Source: Leucoraja ocellata
Taxonomy: Eukaryota
DNA: 64,000 bases
Assembly: GCA_036785375.1 (NCBI GenBank)
Contig: JAWMAR010000104.1
Coordinates: forward strand, 4,402,001-4,466,000
Direction of reading: 5' to 3'
Shown: positions 11,780 to 24,137 of the stretch, piece by piece
Layout of the letters: every line of letters starts with the position of its first letter
Numbering within the stretch: the first letter of the stretch is position 1
The notes under the pieces: generated by a model
Databases searched by the model: none
What the model was told of the DNA's origin: nothing
What the model saw: the letters and a program-made list of their open reading frames with translations, nothing else
Translations under genes and position numbers: made by a program

Positions 11780-14700
11780 AAGCCTTCGAGCCTGTACTTG
11801 CTGGAGTTTTGAAGAATGGGCAGATTTGGGTGTAGGTCTCATTGACATCTACTGGATAACGAAAAGCATATATAGAGTGGACGTGGAAAGGAGGTTTCGA
11901 TAGACAATAGACAATGGGTGCAGGAGTAAGATATTCGACCCTTCGAGCCAGCACCGCCATTCAATGTGATCATGGCTGATCATCCCCAATCAGTACCTCG
12001 TCCATGCCTTCTCCACATATCCCCTGACTCCGCTATCTTTAAGAGCCTCATATAGCTCTCTCTCGAAAGTATCCAGAGAACCGGCCTCCACCGCCCCCCG
12101 AGGCAGAGAATTCCACAGACTCACAACTCTCTGTGTGAAAAAGTGTTTCCTCATCTCCGTTCCAAATGGCTTACCCATTATTCTTAAACTGTGGCCCCTG
12201 GTTCTGAACTGCCCTAACATCGGGAACATGTTTCCTGCGACTAGCGTCCAAACCGTTAATAATCGTAGATGTTTCAATAAAATCCCCTCTCATCTTCCTA
12301 CACTCCAGAGTATACATAGAAACATAGAAACATAGAAATTAGGTGCAGGAGTAGGCCATTCGGCCCTTCGTGCCTGCACCGCCATTCAATATGATCATGG
12401 CTGATCATCCAACTCAGTATCCCGTACCTGCCTTCTCTCCATACCCCCTGATCCCCTTAGCCACAAGGGCCACATCTAACTACCTCTTAAATATAGCCAA
12501 TGAACTGGCCTCAACTACCCTCTGTGGCAGAGAGTTCCAGAGATTCACCACTCTCTGTGTGAAAAAAGTTCTTCTCATCTCGGTTTTAAAGGATTTCCCC
12601 CTTATCCTTAAGCTGTGACCCCTTGTCCTGGACTTCCCTAACACCGGGAACAATCTTCCTGCATCTAGCCTGTCCAACCCCTTAAGAATTTTGTAAGTTT
12701 CTATAAGATCCCCTCGCAATCTCCTAAATTCTAGAGAGTATAAACCAAGTCTATCCAGTCTTTCTTCATAAGACAGTCCTGACATCCCAGGAATCAGTCT
12801 GGTGAACCGTCTCTGCACTCCCTCTATGGAAATAATGCCCTTCCTCAGATTTGGAGACCAAAACTGTACGCAATACTCCAGGTGTGGTCTCACCAAGACC
12901 CTGTACAACTGCAGTAGAACCTCCCTGCTCCTATACTCAAATCCTTTTGCAATGAAAGCTAACATACCATTCGCTTTCTTTACTGCCGGCTGCACCTGCA
13001 TGCCTACCTTCAATGACTGGTGTACCATGACACCCAGGTCTCGCTGCATCTCCCCCTTTCCCAATCGGCCGCCATTTAGATAAAAGTCTGCTTTCCCGTT
13101 TTTGCCACCAAAAGGGATAACCTCACATTTATCCACATTATACTGCATCTGCCAAACATTTGCCCACTCACCCAGCCTATCCAAGTCACCTTGCAGTCTC
13201 CTAGCATCCTCCTCACAGCTAACACTGCCCCCCAGCTTAGTGTCATCCGCAAACGTAGTGTCATCCGCAAGCCTTCAATTCCCTCATCCAGATCATTAAT
13301 ATATATTGTAAATAGCTGGGGTCCCAGTACTGAGCCTTGCGGTACCCCACTAGTCACTGCCTGCCATTGTGAAAAGGACCCGTTTACTCCTACTCTTTGC
13401 TTCCTGTTTGCCAGCCAGTTCTCTATCCACATCAATACTGAACCCCCAATGCCTTGTGCTTTAAGTTTGTATACTAATCTCTTATGTGGGACCTTGTCGA
13501 AAGTCTTCTGGAAGTCCAGATACACCACATCCACTGGTTCTCCCCTATCCACGCTACTAGTTACATCCTCGAAAAAGTCTATAAGATTCGTCAGACATGA
13601 TATACCTTTCGTAAATCCATGCTGACTTTGTCCAATGATTTCACCACTTTCCAAATGTACAAGCCCAGCGCTCCATTCTTTCAGCATATGACCGTCCCAC
13701 CATCCCGGGAATTAACCTTGTAAACCCACGCTGCACTCCTTCAATAGCAAGAATGTCATTCCTCAAATTAGGGGACCAAAACTGCACACAATACTCCAGG
13801 TGCGGTCTCACTAGGGCCCTATAGAAATACAGAAGGCCTCATTGCTCCTATACCCAAATCCTCTTGTTATGAAGGCCAACATGCCATTCGCATTCATGAA
13901 TACATGCTCGACCTGCATGCTTACTTTCATTGGCTGGTGAACAAGGCCCCCCCAGATCCTGTTGTACGTCCCCGTTTTTCCAACTTGACACCATTTAGAT
14001 AATAATCTGCCTCCTGTTTTTGCTACCAAAGTGGATAACCTCACATTTATCCACATTAAACTGCATCTGCCATGCATCTGCCCACTCACCCAACCTGTCC
14101 AAGTCACCATGCATTCTCATAGCATCCTCCTCACAGTTCACACTGCCACCCAGCTTTGTGTCATCTGCAAATTTGCTAATGTTACTTTGAATCCCTCCAC
14201 CCAAATAATTGATGTATATTGTAAATAGCTGCGGTCCCAGCACCGAACCTTGCAGTACCCCACTAGTCACTGCCTGTCATTCTGAAAGGGACCCGTTAAT
14301 CCCTCCTCTTTGTTTCCTGTCTGCCAACCAATTTTCTATCCAAGTCAGCACACTACCCCCAATACCATGTGCACTAATTTTGCCCACTAATCTCCCATGT
14401 AGGACCTTATCAAATGCTTTCTGAAAGTCCAGATAGACTACATCCACTGGAGTTCCTTCATCCATTTTCCGAGTTACATCCTCAAAAAATTCCAGAATAT
14501 TAGTCAAGCATGATTTCCCCTACGAAAATCCATGCTGACTCCGACCGATCCTGTAACTGCTATTCAAAAGTGCCGCTATTTCATCTTTTTTGATTGACTC
14601 CAGCATCTTCCCCACCACCGATGTCAGGCTAACTGGTTTATAATTCCCTCTTTTCCCTCTCCCGCCTTTCTTACCAAGTACGATGAGATTAGCTACCCTC

Positions 14701-15095
14701 CAATTCACAGGAACTGATCCTGAATCTATAGAACATGGTAAAATTATCACCAATACGTCCTCGAATTCTCGAGCCATTTCCTTAAGTTAATGGGACAGTT
14801 TCGGGTAATGGGAGAGTCTAGAACCAGAGCGCATAGCCTCAGCATAAAATTATGCACTTTAGTAGGTCATCAGTCCAAGGAATTAATTTCCAGAGATGGT
14901 CGTGGAGGCCGACATTGGGTATTTTTAAATCGGTGATTGATATGTTCTTGATTCGGAAGGATGTCAATGGTTTCGTGGAGGAGGCGTGAGAATGATGTTG
15001 AGAGGAGAAAATAAATCATCCATGATTGAATGGCAGAGTCGACTCGATGGGCGGTTTGGCATACTTCCTCTCCTACGTTTAATGCCTTGTATGTC
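11780..15095. mobile_element. Triple-nested CR1 LINE complex
   Basis: An old + strand CR1 3' end is split into 11780-11899 and ~14800-15095 by a minus-strand CR1 (11901-12314 plus 13658-14790, tail TAGACAA on +). That element is itself split by a younger minus-strand CR1 (12316-13657, tail CATAGAAA on +). ORF2 motifs [43 protein letters not shown]. Confidence 0.92.
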
Positions 15096-15225
15096 AATAT
15101 ATCCGCAGACCAAGTACCCCCTTAAGAAGATATGATGTCATGTAAATATGTCCTTGGTAGCAGAAGACGAAACTGTTTTAAATTTCGACAAAGAGTCGCT
15201 GACAAATTGAGGATACACCTGTTAT

Positions 15226-15227
<2 letters not shown>

Positions 15228-15285
<58 letters not shown>

Positions 15286-15293
15286 CGGGGGGG
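15228..15293 (+). repeat. Poly-G tract
   Basis: About 65 nt of nearly pure G. Similar shorter tracts at ~47196-47234, ~42160-42178, 57252-57266, and poly-C at ~32127-32147. Confidence 0.9.
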
Positions 15294-16455
15294 TGGTGCT
15301 GTATTATGCTGAACGTAAACGAAGCACCAGAAATAATTTCATCAAGAGTTTGCGGCAATAGAGTGAAGATGAATAGTGGAAGTAGCCAGGGAGATTTAGT
15401 GCCGAGACAGATATGAGGTAGAGGACTGAGATATTCTCATAGAAATAAATATGAGCGTAATTCATGAAGGTATTTTAAATTGGAAATTGAGAAGGTTGTG
15501 CGGCCAATAGTAGACACGTGTTTTTATAACTGCATAAGTAAGACAATAGTCAACAGATATGATGATATCCAAACAGAAAATTAGGTTCTGGAAATGTTTT
15601 AGGCTACCATTGTCAAGTTCATACCATGCGGCCATTTAGGAGCGCATTAGCGGGTAAGATCACGATCAAGAATCAAGAAATAATGCATCACACACGGCAC
15701 ACCAGCAGACACTCCCAGCCATTGCGAATACCGTGCATTTATTGAAAATTATGTATACTAATCAAGCTGTAAAGGAATTAATTGGTATGTCATATTAAAT
15801 ATGAAAAGTACCTGGGAAATAATTTTACATCGTATATAATAGTTTGATATGGATGTAGTTATTTAAAATGTTCAATGTTCAAATGTTCAATGTTCTACTG
15901 ACCAAACGAAGGAAGCCCAAAAATGCGATTTCTCGTGTCATCTTGAAGTAGAACTTTATTTTCACTAATATGCTTATACTTTGTTAAATTTTGAGTTATC
16001 TGAGCATGGAAATATGACATAACAACACTATCACTTAATGTGTATGTGAAACATCATGAGGAGAAATGGATTGCACACGAATGTATTAAAAAATGTTTCA
16101 AAAATCAAAGTGTCAGCATTTACAGCATGTGCAATATTATAATCGGCAGAAAAGAGGCAAACAAGTATCTTGCAGATCGCAATAACAGAATGAAGCAATT
16201 ATAGTTCACCAGGAAATCCATGGACATAAAGCCACGCCTGCTAAATTTACGGATTAGTTAGATGATTAACAAATAGACCTCCGTGAGGGTAAATTCTCCA
16301 CCACTTTAAACTAAGTTCTTTTCTTGGTTCTGAAGAAGAGCCATGACCCGAAGTTTACTCCATGTTCTCCAGAGATGTTGCCTGACCCGCTGAGTTACTC
16401 CAGCCCTTTGTGTCTTATGTTGCAAACCAGCATCTACCGTTCTTTGTTTCTAACC

Positions 16456-18836
16456 TTATGATCTTGTACTGTTCTGCAAGATACTCAGCTCGTTGAGAGG
16501 CAAGGTAGAATGACAGGGCTTTAAAAATAAAAAATCACTTTTCGAAGATTCTGGTGATAAACATACAGGGTAACGATAACCTTCGGAATGCCCAGATCTA
16601 ACATACCTTGGATCTTCGGTTACATTTCTACTCGCAGTAAAAGCGTTATCCAAATTCCTGGGATCGGAACAGCAGAATCTCGATCTGTAGACGTCGTCAA
16701 TATTTCTATCTTGTTTACATTTCAGCATCACCAAAAAAATAATAGTCGCCAGAAACAGGAAGGATGTTGAGCCTAAGACGATGATTAAATAAAGATTGAG
16801 GTTCCATTCTCGCAGCTCGATTGAACTTTCATAAGGTGGTACCGTACTGTTGGGCAGAATTGAGAAAAATATTATCGCTGTGCTGGAGAGGCTCGGTTGT
16901 CCATTGTCCTTCACACAGACGACTATTCTGCTTGTGATCAACTCTTGGTCTCTCAAACTTCGAGTTGCTCTGATTTCACCGGAGAGAACACCCACAGTGA
17001 ACAAGCTGGGATCAGTGAGTTCCAGTAACTGATAGGAAAGTCTTGCGTTTTGACCCGAATCTGCATCCGTCGCGCTTATCTTGGTGACCAAATAGCCTGG
17101 ATATAGTGACTGAGGCACAATCTCCACTGATGTTGAATCGTTCAATATCAGAGGTGAAACAATTTTTGGAATGTTGTCATTTTGGTCCAAAATAATTATG
17201 TTTACGGTTGCAATACTGCTCATTGGGGGAGATCCAGAGTCCTGAGCTTGAACGTTGAGTTGGAAGTGTTTCAGATTCTCATAGTCAAAAGAAATCAATG
17301 CATAAATGTTGCCATTTTTGGCAATAATAGTGACAACTCTGGATACAGAACGCTGATCCCTTATGCTGTCCAGAACAGTATACATCACCTCACCATTTTT
17401 ATCAATGTCTAAATCTAATGCAGAGACCGAAAATATGGACGAACCGGGCGTATTGTTTTCTGTGACATACGCGTAATATGATGATTGGGTGAACTGAGGC
17501 GCGTTGTCATTTATATCAGACACAAGAATCAAGATAGTTCTTTGTGTTGAAAGAGGAGGCGAACCGTTATCCCAGGCCAAAATAGAGATGTTATATTTTG
17601 CGGTTGTTTCACGATCCAAACCTTCACGAGTAACCAACCTGTAGTCATTCCTCGAAGATTTTTGAAGGGTGAACGGCAATTCTTTGGGTATCTGGCAGTG
17701 AATCTTGCTATTTTCCCCAGAATCTAAATCGGTTATCCTGATTGTAGCAACCATCGTCCCAGGCTGCGCATTTTCTTGAACAGTGCTGGAAGACGAGATT
17801 AACTGTATTACAGGAGCATTGTCGTTCACATCAGACAATGTGATGATGACCTTTGTGTGTGCTGTCACCGCAGGTGAACCATTGTCTAGTGCCTGCGCAT
17901 CAAGTTCGTAATAAGAGGATTTCTCAAAGTTTAGCGTTCCCTCAACTCTAATCTGTCCGGTTTGCGAATCCAATCTGAACAACTCGCGAATCAATTGAGG
18001 AACGTGATCTGTGAAAGTGTAGGTGAGTTCAGCATTGCTGCCTTCGTCCAGATCTTTAGCATTGATTGTGGTCACCAGTGTTCCTTTTGGGACGTTTTCT
18101 GCTAAAGTTACTGTGTAGGATTCACGATCGAATACAGGAGCATTGTCATTCGCGTCCACAACAGCAATGATAATCCGAGCCGTGCCTGATCTGCAAGGCG
18201 CACCACCATCATGGGCGGTTAACGTGAGTTGAAAGGTTGCCTGCTGTTCACGGTCCAACGGTTTTTCCAATTGCAGCTCGGCAGTCTTACTCCCTCCGCG
18301 TCTTGACTGCACCTTAATACCAAAGTGCTCGTTTGGACTGATCTCGTAAGTGTTAACTGCATTCGTACCAACATCGGGATCGCGCGCGCTCTTCAACGGG
18401 AAGCGCGCACCCGGTGTACTTAGCTCACTGATCTGCAAGTATAATTCATCCTTCTGAAAAAATGGGGAATTATCGTTTATGTCCAAGATTTCAACGGTTA
18501 CACTGTGCATTTCCTCGGGGTCGTAGAGCACAATTTGACAAGAAAGGGAGCAGGCAAGGCTTTGTCTACACAGATGCTCTCGGTCAATTCTTTCATTCAC
18601 AAATAAATCACCATTGGCCGCATTTACCTGCAGGTATTGATTCATTTCATCGGCACCAAATTGACTTTGCGAACCGATAACTCCCAAACATTTAATCTTA
18701 AATCCTCTGCGATATTCCCCACCAAGGTCCCGAGATCAGTTTCCTCGGTTATCGAGTAGCGAAGCTCTGCCGAGACTATGGCCGACGCGCAAAGAAGGAA
18801 AGTGAATGATGCACCGTTCATCAATGCATTCGCCAT
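16456..18836 (-). pseudogene. Clustered protocadherin unit 2 with a 1-nt frameshift in EC1 (recent pseudogene, null allele or sequence error)
   Basis: The N-terminus (MANALMNG...VWELSVRKVNLV) is in ORF 18642-18836 and the rest (DEMNQYLQVN...NSTRS*) in ORF 16456-18687. One base is missing at ~18653/18654 (gtg-cc-gat versus gtc-tcc-gat in unit 3). The remainder is stop-free. Confidence 0.85.
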
Positions 18837-19020
18837 TTTGCTGCAAATTCATATACGAATGTATTCCACTCGTCAATACTTTGGCCTAACACTACAGCGT
18901 CCAGTTAGAAATATTGAAACGAGGAAAACAAAATGTCTTTGCAGCTGACCTGGATCAGTACGATCAGTGTAAACCCGGGCTGCGCCTGCTTCTTCAATTG
19001 TGCTCTGCGTTTAGCAGACG

Positions 19021-19130
19021 GTGGGCAGGGTCGATCTCTCACAGTCTCGACGCTCCCTATTGGTAGACAGCGACACGAAGAGTTCCGACCAATAATTGCA
19101 GGACACATTTTTAAAGCAAGTCTGTCTCCA
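19021..19130 (-). promoter_or_regulatory. Protocadherin promoter with CSE, unit 2
   Basis: GTGTCGCTGTCTACCAAT at 19076-19059, TGCAATT module, GCTTTAAAAA at 19117-19108. Confidence 0.85.
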
Positions 19131-20489
19131 AATCAATTGCAATGTTCCGATCGTCGTATTTAAGATTGCGCAACGAAAAATATCCAAAACCGGACATTGA
19201 CAAAACTAAACGTGTCCACGTTGATGAATCAATCCAGTCAATACCGTAAATTATTTGAATTTACCAGCATTTTATTCTCATATCATTGTTTTGAAATCCT
19301 TTCAAACACCGCTGAAATCTAAATATGTTTCCAAAATGTTGTACGAATAGATTTATAAATGCATTCTGAAAGGGATTTCATGTTAATTAAATATTGGCAA
19401 ATATGAATGAAAGAATGTTATTAATTTTTTAACAACGTTGAATTTCATTGGAATTCGTTTAAAAAAAATAAAATATAGCATTTTCGGTTCCGTACAAATG
19501 CTGTTAATTTCATATGTTTAACATATACACAAGGAATCTTTGGCGGTTGGGGAATATGTCACAAATCTAACCATTAGGCTGATTCAGTGGGAAGAACGTT
19601 ACCCAGAAGTCGATCTGGAATTGGAAAGTGCGAACTTTCTTCAGGATACTAGCAATTTTGTTCATGAGTAAACTTGTGCAAATCCCCAATTTTTAGCACT
19701 AGAATTCAGGATCATGGTCTGTATCACAGGACTTGTGCGGCAGAGGAAATTCCTGCTATTCCGTCCACATTGCGCATGCTTGTACTTTACTCTGCAGAGC
19801 AAGCCATTTTTTCATCATGTAAGTTCTCAATTCAGTTCCCAAATGATGCCCCAAGCTTGGTAACAACTGCGCATGCGATAGCCTTCACGGCCATGTGAGC
19901 GTGGGTGGGAGAGGGATGAGGAATAGACCTGCATATCTGAATATCTATGTCAAAATTGAATGAGAACCTTCACTTCGGGTTTGGAAATCCACATGCAATG
20001 GGTATATTCAACTTAACAATATAGTCTTAGAGTCATGCAACGTATAGACAGGCCATTCGGTCAAACCTCTAAAACAACGACCAACCTGCCCCATCCACAC
20101 TAGTCCCACCTGCCTGCGTTTCGCCTATTAATCTCTAAACCTACCCATTCCATGTACCCGTATAAATGCTTCTTAAACGTTGCATTAGTACCTATCTCAA
20201 GTACGTCCTCCAGCAGCTGGATTCATATACAGCCCACCATCCGTGCTAAAAGATTACCCTTTGTTGCACCATTTCTGTCTTTTCATCTCTGGCCTATGCC
20301 TATCATATCCACATTAACCTTTATCCAGCAGTTACCCTCCAGGCTTTGTTTTGTCCTTGCTCTCTTCCAGGCTCTTCCTCTTCCATACCACAATCAGTCT
20401 AAGGAATGGTCCTGACCCGAAACGTCATCCATCCATGTTCTCCAACCTGCCGAATTAATCCAGCGCTTCGTGTCTTTTTGTTCGCTGTG

Positions 20490-20700
20490 GATGTCAGCTT
20501 GTTTCCAGTAAATGTCAGTGGTAAATGTCTCCTGAGATGGACACACATCCAGAAGAGGGAAGGAAGAGTCAGAAATGATCCAAGTTAATATGAGAACGTG
20601 GTGCAAGTTATTAGGGAAGATGATTAATTTCATGACATTCAAGTGATGTCGGAAGCAGCAGCAATCCATATATTGTCGTCATGGAGCAAGAGTTGGATAG
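20490..20700 (-). mobile_element. Penelope reverse transcriptase fragment
   Basis: Degenerate peptide LTWIISDSSFPLLDV...TDIYWK resembles the PLE RT segment FTWTISxxSLPFLD...TDIYYKPT. Confidence 0.55.
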
Positions 20701-20959
20701 CGCTATCAGAGAAGGCTTAAACAAAGATAGATTCAAAGTGCCGATGGACACAGCGGTTCAGACAGCATCTCCGGAGAAAGGGGATGGATGACTAGAGATG
20801 CTGCCTGACCCGCTTTACTCCAGCACTTTTTATCTTTGATATAAACCAGCCTCTACAGTTATTTGTTTTTACAGGCTTCGAACAAATTCTGGATTTGCAG
20901 CTCCCAAAATCCTATCCACTATATCGGCGAGCACAGTCTACCAAACACAGACAAGGCGG

Positions 20960-21890
20960 CATTGGAGATTTGATTGAAGGCGTGTGATCACTGGCGTGCC
21001 GTGGGGCGAATTTTGTGTTTACTGTCATCCACATTAACGATTTTGATTAGTATATATATGACATGGATACCAACAAAATTGGTGGGGTTTTGGACAGAAG
21101 AAGGTTATTTAAGATGAAGTAGAGAAATGTGCGCCTGAATGGCAGGTTGACCTTAACTCCGAAAAGTAAGAGGTGTTGCATTTAGATAAGTGAAACCAGG
21201 ATAGGACTTCCACTGTATATGACAAGAGGAACACGAGAGAATAGAAACACCGTAATTCCCCCGAAGTGGCGATACATTTAAACAAGGTGGAGAAAAAGGC
21301 ATTCGGCGTACAAGAGTCAGATTATAATATGCCTAGTTGTTGGCGAGAATGCAGGCGGAATATTGTTTGCATTGCTTCTCACAAAGCTATAGGACGGATG
21401 TCATTAAGTTGGAAATAGTACAGAAGTTTTCACGATTGTTACTGCGGCTAAACGGCTGCGAGTTGAGAATGGATAGTCTGTGAGTTCATTTTTTTCTTGG
21501 AGCATAAAACATTAAGTACGACCATATAAAGTCTCGAGGTGTCTAGATGTATTGGTTATTCACAGCCCTTTTCCATGAGCTGGGGAATATAAAACCAGAG
21601 GATATATATTTAAGATGAGATGAGAAGATAATATTTAAAGGGCCCCGAGGGATAGTTTTTTCATACAGACTGTGGTGGGTATATGGAATGAGCCGCAAGA
21701 GTAAACTGCGGAGGCAGATCTAATTATAATGTCCAAAATACATTTAGAACAGTACGAAGATAAAAATGATTTAGAGGGATATTAACCCAACGCACGCAAA
21801 TTGGATTAACGCAATAGGCCACTTTATCGTCTGGGACAAGTTGGACCTACGGGCCTCTAACTGTGCTGTATAAGCCTGTAACTCTATGCC
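20960..21890 (+). mobile_element. Old, diverged CR1 LINE fragment
   Basis: Degenerate CR1 ORF2 sequence (caaaattggtgg, gtggtgggtatatggaatgagc) ending in an ACTCTATG-type tail. Confidence 0.65.
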
Positions 21891-23228
21891 GCCCTCTCCT
21901 GGTTCCATCCATCTACTACTCATACACTGATCCTACAGGATCGCCTGGTCATCTGGTTCCGTGCACATAAAAGGTTCAATTCGAATTTATGTTCCTTATT
22001 AGTTCCCAGCATTTGTATCCTCCGTGTCACCCTCATCACTCTCCAGCCTCCATTTCCACCTCCAACCTCCTCCTGAACCTTCACCTGGCTCCATCTGTCC
22101 CAATACTTCCTATTTCTTTCCACTGTCCTTCCACCTATCACCCAACAACTCTATATCCAAAATCAGCATCTCACCCTGCACCACGTGTTTCCATCTGCCA
22201 ATCACTCTCACCCCTCCTCGGTCCACCTATCTCCCAACCCACCAGTTTATATCGACTACATTTCCCCCGCATTTTAAGTCCTGGTGCAGCATTGAGACCC
22301 GGAACCTTGACAATTTGCTTTCCTGCACCGATGCTAATCGGTCAGCTGAGATTCTCCGATAGAATTTATTTGCACTAGATTGCAGTATCAGCCGTGCCTT
22401 GTGTTTGATGTTGAACTGAATATAGTCGGAGACGGTTGGTAGATAATGCAAATGTTACTTATAGTAGTGAGAGTGTATTTTTTTAAATAAATTACTCATC
22501 TTTCAAAGCCCCTGATCCCACTGTACATATCGATAGTGTACAAATAATTATGTGTTGGGTTATTATTGTTTGTTATATGTAGTAATAATTTGGACCGTTT
22601 TGTAGGAAGTGTGATTGGTAAATTTTCAGATGTAACAAGAATTGGTGCCGCACTAAGCGTAAGGAGAATAGTTGGAAACACAAAATGCTGGAGAAAGTCA
22701 GCGGGTAAGGCAGCATCTATGGAGAGAAGGAATGGGTGACGTTCCGGGTCGAGATCTTCAGCTGAAGATTGAGTCACAAAATAGTAATTGGTTTTTAAGA
22801 TAAACAGAGTTTGTCAGATGAAATGTAATGTTGATCAAAACGCTGTTATGCACGTTGGGAAGATTAATACGGGTAGGCCCTACATAATGATTAGGAGGGC
22901 ACAATCAACTATTGTGTAACATAAATACATTGGTAGTTAATCACCAAGATCAATGAATGCTGCAACACTCATGGATAAGGTGGTTAAGAAGCCATATGCG
23001 ATGCTTGTTTTTATCAGCTAGATTATAGCAAATCCTGGAGGGAGGTTGTGATACAAATTATTGGATATTTGCATGCTGCAGCTGGGATGTAACTCTACTC
23101 GTCGCACTGCAGCAAACACTGCAGTGATTTCCATGGGCAGATGCAGATGAAAGGCACCAAGGTGTTTCTTACTTTGGAGTGTTTTCGTAATGAGGTGCTG
23201 GCATATAGTTTAATGAAATAGTACGGGC

Positions 23229-23368
23229 NNNNNNNNNNNNNNNNNNNNNNNNNNNNNNNNNNNNNNNNNNNNNNNNNNNNNNNNNNNNNNNNNNNNNNNN
23301 NNNNNNNNNNNNNNNNNNNNNNNNNNNNNNNNNNNNNNNNNNNNNNNNNNNNNNNNNNNNNNNNNNNN
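23229..23368. other. Assembly gap
   Basis: 140 N. Confidence 1.
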
Positions 23369-23750
23369 CCTCGATAGCAGCGCGCAGCATTCTCCTCCCC
23401 TCGCGGCGACGGAGAGATGAAGAGGGAGAGATTCACGGAAGGCCTCCAGCGTCCCGGTCCCGTGGACACCGCGTGTTCCCTCTCCAGGGACATGCAAGCA
23501 TGACGTAGGCCCGGAAATGGGGTAAGCAGCCGACTTGGTGTGACCATCCACCGCCCGCTGCCTGGACCCGCGAATGGGCACCTCGGCCATTTGAACCTGA
23601 TTACGACGTGGACGGGAAAAATGTGAGTAAGAATATGTAAAAATGTAAGCACTAACGCGTAGTGTTTTGAGGAAGATACAAAGCATACTTACAACACACA
23701 CACATACAACACACATACATACAATATGAGACTTTTATACGTATATAGAT
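23369..23750 (+). mobile_element. Possible Helentron-associated (HINE/DINE-like) non-autonomous element 3' end
   Basis: GC-rich body, then (CA/ACAT)n microsatellite and terminal CTTTTATACGTATATAGAT. The 5' part is lost in the gap. Confidence 0.35.
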
Positions 23751-24137
23751 TGGTTTATTGCTAAGCATGAAATTGATTCTTACAATAATTGTCAGTTCAA
23801 TGTGCTTGTCAAAGAGAACTAGCAGAGCAGTGGAAAGGTGATGAAGATATGTGGGAAGGTATTACAATAGAGCAAAAACTGTTGACTTTAAAATGTGTAG
23901 GTATTTTCAAAGAGTAATACAGCTAAAATACAATAATACAGTTGAGATAAAAGATCCACATATGCGCTTAAGTATTTGTTAGTAATTGCGAGCATAATAA
24001 AGCTATTTCCACAACAGACAAACAAGAATAACATGGAGATTCGAAAGTCTCGGTAAAACTTACCGATTCATACGTCCCTTAACAAAAATTTGCTAACAAA
24101 ATGTATTCAGCGCCATTTCATGTAAAAAAAAATCAAT

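Noticed and set aside
15228-15293. Long poly-G as a functional G-quadruplex or poly-Gly/Pro ORF
   Set aside because: Homopolymer length is unreliable and may be a sequencing artefact; no supporting context.
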